From positions 19,654,001 through 19,718,000 of the forward strand of contig OX597823.1 of assembly GCA_951406725.2 (NCBI GenBank): DNA of 64,000 bases, in the 5' to 3' direction. A model generated the notes under the pieces. That model was not told the DNA's origin. It was given only the letters and a program-made list of their open reading frames with translations, and ran no database searches. The DNA comes from Octopus vulgaris. Taxonomy: Eukaryota. Position 1 is the first letter of the stretch. Every line of letters starts with the position of its first letter. Position numbers and translations under genes: made by a program. Shown in pieces: positions 53,835-64,000 of the stretch.

Positions 53835-55330
53835 CAGGGATGTGAGAAGTATTTGAGGATATATTTGCTAATTTAATTAACCAACTTTAATCTAGCAAGA
53901 TCGAAATATATTTTAATGAAAATTTCTGCACTTGCTCTCGGTAGGCTTTCTTATAAGAGTATATTATGAATCCACCTTCAGCTTCGATGACTGCTTCAAT
54001 GCAAGGCCGGAATCGTTGACATCCCTGCACTAAATGGTCCTTATTAATTCCGGACACCACCTGGGCATTGGTGATAGTTAAGTTAAGTTAATTTTGGCTC
54101 AAAAAGCAAAAAAGCAAGGCCATGTAGGGGGACATGGAGTTATGTACAGGGTGGTGTTCATGCAAAGAGTTCAGGCCATTTGTGGTCAATGGAGAATTTG
54201 AACCGAGCGGTCGTCGGCATCTTCACTATCTCGTCCGGCAGCTTATTCCACGGATCCGCAACCCGGACGGAGAAAGCCCCTCTCCTTCGATTGAGATGAA
54301 ATCGTCGCAGATAGAGCTTTTCGGAGTGACCCGCAGCCGACGTTCTGGAGCAGGAGTGAAGAACAGCTCTTTCGAGAGGTTACACTTTCCGCTTATGATG
54401 TTGTGGGCGAGAATGAGATCACCACGGCGTCGTCGTTTTTCTAGAGAATAAAGGTCGAGCGTCTTCAGCCTTTCTTCATAAGACAAATGCTTGAGACCAA
54501 GAACCATGCGGGTAGCCAGCTTCTGGACTCTTTCGAGATGCTGTATGTCTTTGAGGAGATAAGGAGAAGAGGCTTGAATCCCGTACTCCAATATGGGTCT
54601 CACCAGCGTGGTATGTTGAGGATGTCTATTAGCCTTGTTTTCAACAACGCCTCAAACGTAGCTCATGGGATTTAGATCTGGTGAGTTTGGGCGTCACAAG
54701 TTTGGTGTTACATGATAGTAAAGATTGCCTGGCATTCATTCTTGGGTTACTTTATGAGAAAGTGTTGAGTCTTGTTGAAATACATATGGTCTTCCACTAC
54801 GTACTTCATCCATACACGGCTTAGCAACTGTCTCCCGCACCTCAACGTATCCAATAGCATTAATTCCAAGAGCCTGTAGAAACATGTGAAGTGATACTAT
54901 ATGTCGTTCGTTACTCACCACACCTAAAACGATTGCAATTGCTGGAAGCTTAGTATGCATTACTATGGGAATGTCAGAAAAACCTGGACATAGGCAGCTG
55001 TCATTTTTCCTGTTAAACGTATTGTCTTAGTCGAAGTTTTTCTCTTCAAAGAAGAAACAAAGCACGACATGTTCGTGAGGGTTTTTAACTTTGTTTAATA
55101 ACCTTCTGGCACGAGTCAAGCGGATTTCTTGTGTCTTTGCAAGTATGAATTGGCCCCTTTTCAGTACATACGTCTTCTATCAAATTTCCTCGTGTGTCAC
55201 AGTTCTGATAGTCCACTCCGACATCGGAATTTCTTTGTCGGTGACCCTCATTGATTTTCCGGCATTATCATCTATGCTTTGAACATGTTGGATGAACTTC
55301 AGTGTTCTTATAGAGTCCGAACGTTTACAC
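53835..55330 (-). pseudogene. Decayed Tc1/mariner transposase (DD37D/maT-like), interrupted by a LINE fragment
   Basis: FFFEEKNFD; VLGVVSNE; YVFQQDS; PNSPDLNP; FRPCIEAVIEAEGGF; multiple stop codons. Confidence 0.85.
54076..54610 (-). mobile_element. 5'-truncated CR1-clade LINE 3' end
   Basis: RPILEYG...LERVQKLATRMV.GL..LSYEERLK.L.LYSLEKRRRRGDLI, then WNKLP after a frameshift; (TTAAC)n tail. Confidence 0.9.
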
Positions 55331-55359
55331 TGTTTTTTTTTCTTTTAATTTTCTCACTT

Positions 55360-55527
55360 ATACCTATTTCTTTATTACCCACAAGGGGCTAAACACAGAG
55401 GGGACAAACAAGGACAGATATAGGTATTAAGTCGATTACATCGACCCCAGTGCGTAACTGGTACTTAATTTATTGACCCCGAAAGGATGAAAGGCAAAGT
55501 CGACCTCGGCGGAATTTGAACTCAGAA
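55360..55527 (-). mobile_element. 5'-truncated SINE B
   Basis: TSD tttctcacttatacc. Confidence 0.85.
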
Positions 55528-55805
55528 TTCACCGAGAAATTTCTCACTTATACCGTTGAAATATTCCTGTCAGAGGCTTACCAATTCTATCCGAATAAAT
55601 GTTCAAGAGAACTTACAACATTTAAAAAGTTGGCAATTTCGAAACTTCTGTGTCCCGCAAATATGACAACATTGACTGGATGTCAATTCTTTCCTTTCGT
55701 TGTGCTAACATCTTATCTGTCGTAGAGGATCTGGGAAAAACAAAAAAAATCCTTTTCATTGTCTTTATACTGATAATTACAAGTTCTCAAATACCCCTAG
55801 CACCT

Positions 55806-55872
<67 letters not shown>

Positions 55873-56091
55873 GTGCGTGTGCATGTGTACATGTATGTGT
55901 GTAAGTGTGATTGTTTGTTTGTCCTCACCATCACTTGACAACCGGTGCTGGTTTGTCTATGTCTCCGTAAATTTGCAGTTCAGCAAAAACATCGATAATA
56001 CAAGTGCCAGACTAAAACAAAAAAAAAAAAACAAGTACAGGGTCGATTTGTTCGTCTACTCTCTCCCAGGCGGTGCCCCAGCATGGCCGCG

Positions 56092-56345
56092 TGGTGGTGC
56101 GTGGTTTAGTAGTTACGGTGTTGGACTCATGATCATAAGGTTGTGGTTTCGATTTCTCGATCGGGGTGTTGTGTTCTTGAACAAAACACTTCATTTCACA
56201 TTGCACCAGTCCACTCAGTTGGCAAAAGTGAGTAACCCTGCGATGGCTAGCGTCCCATCCAGGTGGGGAATATATACACCATGGAAACTGGGAAGCCGGC
56301 CCTTATGAGTCGCCATGACTCGAGAAGGTAACTTTACCTTTTCTT
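56092..56345 (+). mobile_element. tRNA-derived SINE, head H2 + tail T2, inserted in the tail of a SINE A
   Basis: ccagcatggc is duplicated on both sides; contains the block aaccctgcgatggctagcgtcccatccagg. Confidence 0.75.
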
Positions 56346-59193
56346 TTTAACCAGCATGGCTGCAGTCTAATGACTGAAACAAACAAAAGATTATAAAGGT
56401 AAAAGATCTGTATTTCTTAACGATCAAAAATATTAATTTAATAACATGTTAATAAGTATTTTGGTTACCATGGTAAGCATACACTAAAAGTAAAATTGTT
56501 AATTAGGTTTCCTTTACAATAAAATAAACTATAATGGAAATAATTTCCCTCTGGAATCTAAGTCAAGCAGTTTTGACTAAAGGTTATAGGGGGGGGGCAA
56601 TAATGCTGTTGAGGCGGCTCTGATTCAAACATGGCATTTTGTATTCTTTCACTTCTCAGGCCCTGCATGAATAAATTTGTTCCATCCCGTCTTCCTAGAT
56701 TATTTACGAAAACACCCAAACTCCTTGCGTAGTTATGTTTTTTTATTTTGCCTCTTCTACTGCTATTTCTCTAACCTCTGACCCCCTGGGACCAGACTAA
56801 TTTCGTATCATCTTCACCCAGGCTCAACAGACTGAATCGTCTTTCCTCTCTGTTCACCTTTACCCCAGGTTCCGAGTCCATACCCTCCCCCAAAACCTCA
56901 GCGCTCTATATATTCTTCCCTTACCGTGTTTCCTCTGCAGGCACCTACTCAGAGGGCCTGCATGCGAGGGCTAAAGACACAACCCTTTTCTCCAGACCAT
57001 GTTTGTTTTTTTTTTTCTGCTAACGTCGATTTCCAAAATGCTTAATCTGAGTGTAAATCGTATCTTGCCTTCGAGTCTCAGAAAGCTTGTTAAGGTCCCA
57101 GATAGAGAGGTTAATAGTCCCTTCTTTCTGAGTAACAAACGAAAATATAGCGACTAATATTTCTGCTGGAATGTTGTTATGGTTATGTTATATTGTAAGA
57201 ACAAGGCTGCGTGTGCTGTGAGTCATATGGAGGATAGAACACAGTATGTCTGTCTGTCTACCTGTCTGCCTGCCTGTCTGTCTGTTTGTGTGTTTGTACG
57301 CATGCGCACACGCATGTAAAGTATTATGTACGCACGCACGCACACATGCATGCATATATGTATGTATGTATGTATGTATGGATGTATGTATGTATGTATG
57401 TATGTATGTATGTATGGATGGATGGATGGATGTATGTATGCATGCATGTGTGTATGTGTGTATGTAAATATTTAAATATGTGGTCCTACGTTTGCGTACG
57501 CGCGCGTTTGATTGTTCGCTTATGTTTTAACTCACCCCGGTATAGAATGAGATCACATTTTCACGAAACCAAAATATTTCGTGAAAACTTTACTACTCAA
57601 GGATTAAGATATACCCCGCCCCTGTCTGTTTACATGAAGCTGCATAACTTACCAAGCAAAAAAAAAAAAAAAATGTTGTACATACATAAACGGTTGTTAT
57701 ACTGAAAGCTGTTGAGTTAGAACAATAGAATTCAAGAAAAATAACAAATACCACAAATAAAGCCTTACAACGATCAAAGTAGCAAGATTTAGTAACATTA
57801 TTAAGCACCCTGTGGGTACTATTTGGTGTTATTGTACGAACTTGCTTCTTTGGTTGTGTTTCGTTTTTCTTTCTGTTTTTTTCGGTGATGTTGCAAATCT
57901 TGTCATATGTCTGTTTGTGACACGGCAAATCAAATGGATTGTAAACGAATATTAATCTTTTTAAAGAACTTTAAGTAAAACCACTTGGTTGCATGAAATA
58001 TTAAATAGCATTCGTACAAGTTCTGCATGATTTAGCAGCAGCAGTGTATCTGTTCAAGATGACGGTTAACGATAAAAACAAGGTGCAACCCACCCTGTAT
58101 TGGCCCACCCTAAATACTTCCTGTCACATAAACGCTCGTTTTCTGTTAATGCTATTATTTACTTTGATTTCATTCGTTTAGAACAATGTTTCCCCAATTT
58201 AGTTTAGACAAATATTTTGACACAAAATTCTCTTATCATCGCGGGTCCTCGTGACGAAATACTGTCTGTGTGTCGCTAAAATAGTGAACATGCTTATATT
58301 TTCTTTTGAAATGAAATCAAGCCAAAACGTCGTCAAATATCCGTAATGGATAAAGCAGAAAAAATTATGCGTTTCCTTCCTTCCTTGCTTCCTTCCTTCC
58401 TTTCCTCCCCACCTTTCTAATCCTGCAGTTAATATTGATTTCTTACACCGAGAGTGCAATGCCACAAATTCGTAGAATAAGTGTGTAGACATATCTGTTG
58501 GTTGTTTTTGTCGACCACAGGCGGATGAAACGCAGAGTATCCGCTATAACTATCCATGGAGACAAAGCTTACATACGCATTATGATTAAAGACTTGCGTA
58601 TATCGTATAGACAATTTTTGTTATCGAACTAGCTTGTGCATATACAGTGTTTTGTTTCAATGCCACACTGTACTACAGAATATATCCAGCGATATATAGT
58701 CAGCACAGTGTATGTACAGACAAATGTAAACTACCCATGGAAGCACTTTATCGAAGTAGATAAAAGTGCGTTTTATATGCAAATTGCTCTATCCAGGTTA
58801 TGTAAGACCTTATATATAGATTTGTAGCGAGCACTATATGTACAACAGCACCGTTTTGAGACATGAGCACACTGGCAATTGCCCGGAGACTTACAGGTCG
58901 AGAGGCCCAATTCTGTTTTATATATGATGTCAGTAAATAAATACTGTAATACCCAGTACATTGATTTTCAGGGTTGTGGCTATAATACTGTTAAGACCGC
59001 CTTGATGTACAGACAAGTATAACTATCCACAAAATCAGTTAATCGCTGTCAAAAGCGCGTTTATATGCAAGTTAATAAAGCCCTTTTTAATAGAGAGTTT
59101 ATTAGTATGTCTTCATGGAAGGTTAAAGACAAACTCAAATCGCAGATGAATTCTCTGCACAGAATTAACGTCTGATAATTGCATATAATGACG

Positions 59194-59699
<506 letters not shown>

Positions 59700-60304
59700 G
59701 TGTTTTACATATGTTTTTGCGTATAATTTCGGCTAAAAACAATCTGTAGATATGTTCTGTAGTGTAGTGTAACATCGTAACAAGACACTGTTTAATACAC
59801 CAGTAAATTTTAAGAAATAACTGTGTGTATTACACGGCTGTGTTCATTAAATAGCTGTATTCATCGCGTAGTTGTGTTCATTAAATGACACGATGTACCC
59901 GTGTTGTGGAAATATACACGATATGATGCTGTGCAGCGAAAGGAGAGCTGCTTGATAAATTCTATAGCAGATATCCCCTATTCTGTTTGTCTCAGAGGGA
60001 AGAGTGACGCTTGGTTGTGGTCCTGGCGGTTGTAGTGTTGGTAGTACGAATTTGTGCGGGTATGTGTGTGCGTGCAAGGGTGTGAGCATGTGTGTTCGCA
60101 CAGAAGGGGCCGTAGTCATTTACCGTTGAATTTATTTAGGTTGATATAGGTAAAAATCGTTGATAGTCCCCCGTCCGTCTTAAACCTTTTGTTACTAATA
60201 AGTCAGAGACCGCCTCTGGTTTGTTTCCCATATAAATTTCTTGTTAAAATCCTTCATCAAAATTCCATTGTGTTACTAAATTCTTTTATTTTTTTAATCT
60301 TTTA

Positions 60305-60689
60305 TTTGCTTCACTCATTAGACTGCGGCCATGCTGGAGTGCTGCCTTGAAGAATTTTATTCGAACGAATTGACCCCAATACGTTATGAGTTCAAATTCC
60401 GCCGAGGTCGACTTTGCCTTTCATCCTTTCGGGGTCGATAAATTATGTACCAGTTGAAAACTGGGATCGATGTAATCGACTATGCCCCTCCCCCAAAGTT
60501 TCAGGCCTTGCACCTATAGTAGAAAGGATTATTATTATTGTTGTTGTTGTTGTTGTTGTTGTTATTATTATTATTACAGTTTTTTTTGTAAAACCTTGTA
60601 CTTATTCTACCGGTCGCTTTTACCGAGCAGCTAAGTAACGGGGATGTAACCACACCAAACACCAGCTGTCAAGCAGCAATATCACACAA

Positions 60690-60751
<62 letters not shown>

Positions 60752-60930
60752 ATACACTTATACGACGGGCTTCTTTCAGTTTCTGTCTACCAAATCCATT
60801 TACAATACATTGTTTGGCCCAACGCTATAGTCAAAGTGTAAAAGGCACTTGCCCAAGGTGCCACGCAGTACGACTAAACCTGGAACCATAAAACTGGATA
60901 GCAAACTTTTTATCACACAGCCGCAGCTGT
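60305..60930 (-). mobile_element. SINE A with a nested SINE B fragment (60385-60530)
   Basis: Family A segments flank a family B core in the opposite orientation. Confidence 0.75.
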
Positions 60931-61237
60931 GTCTTGATCATTATTTTCTAAATTAGGCCCAGGTGGACTGTTTCAGCAGCTTCGGATAGGCTCTAACCGG
61001 TATGTTCCGCTATCTTTACAGCTGATCGGGTTTACCTTATCTTCTTCCACGACGGTGCCAAGTTGAAACAAGCGGAAGGTTAATCGATTAAGCTGCATTT
61101 GATGTCGAGGACATTATATGAGTGCTGATCCGAGACGGTGACGACACAAGGATGAACCCGGTGATAGCAGGGTATCAAGTTACTTAATAAAATGCCAACC
61201 ACACGCAAACACGTCCTCACTCCTCTTCCGGTTCACA

Positions 61238-61283
<46 letters not shown>

Positions 61284-61761
61284 TACAGAAGCACACCAAC
61301 ACACACACACACACACCACACACATACAGAGGTACACAAACACACACACATGCACACGCACACACGTACACACCACTCACACACAGAGGCACACAAACAC
61401 ACACACATGCACACACACACACATGCACACACACACATGCACACGCACACACGTACACACCACTCACACACAGAGGCACGCAAACACACACACATGCACA
61501 CGTACACTCACATACACAGGCACACACAATCTCACAAATATAGGCACACACACACTCACAGGTACTCACACATACAAATATAGGCACACACTCACACATA
61601 CACTCACACACACAGGCACACATGTACACATACATACACAGAGGCACACAGGTGCGCGCGCACACACACTAACGCGCTTTTTACAAGACACGTGCTTCAG
61701 GTACAGACACATAACTATAGATGTTAACTGACTCACGTAATTAGATATAAATGTATATGGT

Positions 61762-62217
61762 TATGTATGTATGTATGTATGTATGTATGTATGTATGTAT
61801 GTATGTATGTATGTATGTATGCATGCGTGTATGAATGTATGTATGTATGTATGAATGCATGTATGTATGTATGCATGTATGTATGTATGTATGTATGTAT
61901 GCATGCATGTATGTATGTATGTATGTATATATGTATGTATGCGTGTATGTATGTATGCATGCGTGTATGAATGTATGTATGTATGCATGCATGCATGCAT
62001 GCATGAATGTATGTATGTATGCATGCATGCATGCATGCATGAATGTATGTATGTATGTATGCATGTATGTATGTATGCATGCGTGTATGAATGTATGCAT
62101 GTATGTATGTATGCATGCGTGTATGAATGTATGTATGTATGCATGCATGCATGCATGCATGAATGTATGTATGTATGTATGTATGTATGTATGTATGTAT
62201 GTATGTATGTATGTATG
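61762..62217. repeat. (TGTA)n/(TGCA)n microsatellite
   Basis: Direct inspection. Confidence 0.95.
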
Positions 62218-62237
62218 TCATTATTCAGTTTATTGAG

Positions 62238-62449
62238 GACGGCGAGCTGGCAGAATCGTTATCACGCCGGGCGAAATGCTTAGCGGTATTTCGTATGCCG
62301 CTACGTTCTGAGTTCAAATTCCGCCGGGGTCGACTTTGCCTTTCAACCTTTCGGGGTCGATAAAATAAGTACGTTACGCACCTGAGGTCGATATAATCGA
62401 CTTACCCACTCCCCGCAAATTTCAGGCTTTGTGTTTATAGTAGAAATGA
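62238..62449 (+). mobile_element. SINE family B
   Basis: TSD ttattcagtttat. Confidence 0.85.
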
Positions 62450-62450
62450 T

Positions 62451-62555
62451 TATTCAGTTTATATCAAGGTTTCTTGCCAATAGGGAAAGAACCGGTTTCT
62501 AATCTAGATCCAAGGCTCCTTCATTGGAATTTCAACATCAACAACAGGGTATTTT

Positions 62556-62602
<47 letters not shown>

Positions 62603-62895
62603 ATGTATGTATGTATGTATGTTTGTATGTATGTGCAGATTTGTATGTTTTACGTATGTATTCTCATTCATATACTTACATATATCGAGACATGCTCATG
62701 TATATTTAAACGATAAACTTCTGGAAAGTTTTACAGATTTTTACAGTTCCAGTGATGGATTGGATCTGTAGTCATCGAATCAGTTCTCTCTTTTCTGGTT
62801 TTCAGAAGCCTAGTTTCTCAAGATTGGTATTTAGGCAATGTGTTAAATATAACAGGGCCCCAATAATTACAGGTATAAACCTGAACGGATGTGGG
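62451..62895 (-). mobile_element. 3' fragment of an R4/Dong-like LINE
   Basis: Manual translation of 62894->62706 gives FRFIPVIIGALLYLTHCLNTNLEKLGF*...LQIQSITGTVKICKTFQKFIV*, typical of the C-terminus following the restriction-like endonuclease. Confidence 0.65.
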
Positions 62896-63276
62896 GGCGG
62901 AAATCTGCTCCGGCATTTCGTCAGTTATGAAGACAAACAAAAATGCTATGAAAATGACCGTTAAACAAAGGGAAATTACTTAAATGAACGTTATTAAGAC
63001 AAACAAAAGAGCGGTTATGGCAACCGAATATATTACAGATAACTTCCTCTATTTATATAATATCGAGGTCTCATTCATTCTTTTGTTGTCATACTATTAC
63101 ATACTAAGAGTGGTTGTGTGGTAAGAAGCTTGCTTCCCTGTCACATGGTTCCGGGTTCAATCCCACTGCGCGGCACCTTGGGCAAGTGTCTTCTACTATA
63201 GCTTCGGGCCAACCAAAGCCTTGGGAATGGATTTGGTTGATGGAAACTGTTGACGGAAACTGAAAGAAGCCCGTCG

Positions 63277-63323
<47 letters not shown>

Positions 63324-63443
63324 ATGTTTATGCGTGTATTTGTGTGTGTACGTGTGTGTGTGTATTTGTAAGGCACGTATCAATATCTATAAAGCTGAAA
63401 TGCGAAAAAGTTGTTTGTCTCATTTTGGGATGGGAACGGTTTA

Positions 63444-63668
63444 CACGATAGTAAAGATTGCCTGACATTCATTCTTGGGTTACTTTATGAGAAAGTGTTG
63501 AGTCTTGTTGAAATACATATGGTCTTCTACAACGTACTTCATCCATCCACGGCTTAGCAACAGTCTCCCGCACCTCAACGTATCCAATAGCATTAATTCC
63601 AAGAGACTGTAGAAACATGTGAAGTGATACTATATGTCGTTCGTTACTCACCACACCTAAAACGATTA
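63444..63668 (-). pseudogene. Second fragment of the same Tc1/mariner transposase
   Basis: Highly similar to 54710-54935. Confidence 0.85.
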
Positions 63669-64000
63669 GGTCGGATTGGCGCCAAAATTTACAGGGACAT
63701 GTAAGCGAGGCGAGGAAGCGACTGGACTAGGTTAGAAACCCCTCTCTCAAAAGCTGTGGTTACTAGGGCAACAAAACCCAAACTTTGACAAGTGTTTGTC
63801 GTTTCTCACTTTCGTATATCATCCTGTCTTCCTCGATCTCTATTTCCTTCCTTCCCTTCTCTCCATAACGACGTTTGACACCTTCCAATCTCATTCCCTC
63901 TCTACCTCCGCCGTCTCTCTGTCACTCTTTCTCTCACCACCTCTCTCACTGTACATCTGTCTGTATCTATAGAGAGAAAGCGTTGACAGCCGCAAAAGTT

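Noticed and set aside
60955-61190. Complex unique stretch with splice-like signals
   Set aside because: There are stops in the frames checked and no recognisable protein. It could be a non-coding exon, but that is unsupported.

Overview
This is eukaryotic, AT-rich, repeat-saturated DNA. The SINE families and the extreme microsatellite load point to a coleoid cephalopod, most likely Octopus (inference, not a database result). Almost all ORFs in the supplied track are microsatellite artefacts. The only convincing host coding sequence is the first coding exon (2414->2127, minus strand) of a secreted NIDO-domain protein whose gene runs off the left edge; a 191-codon upstream ORF precedes it. The rest is transposon-derived: a nearly intact CR1/L2-group LINE ORF2 (44.9-48.1 kb); CR1-, Hero- and R4/Dong-like LINE fragments; a decayed DD37D-type Tc1/mariner transposase; four non-autonomous Helitrons; hAT, piggyBac and pogo-type MITEs; MITEs carrying (TAACCC)n; and dozens of tRNA-derived SINEs. 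The most notable observations are: (1) several hammerhead-ribozyme motifs in Penelope-like repeats, including one decayed candidate with a non-circularly permuted strand order; (2) a 3' stem-loop tail shared between the near-intact LINE and the commonest SINE; (3) SINE multimers with a fixed junction; (4) a complete 2x2 head/tail shuffle among SINEs; (5) the possible bicistronic uORF/NIDO arrangement.
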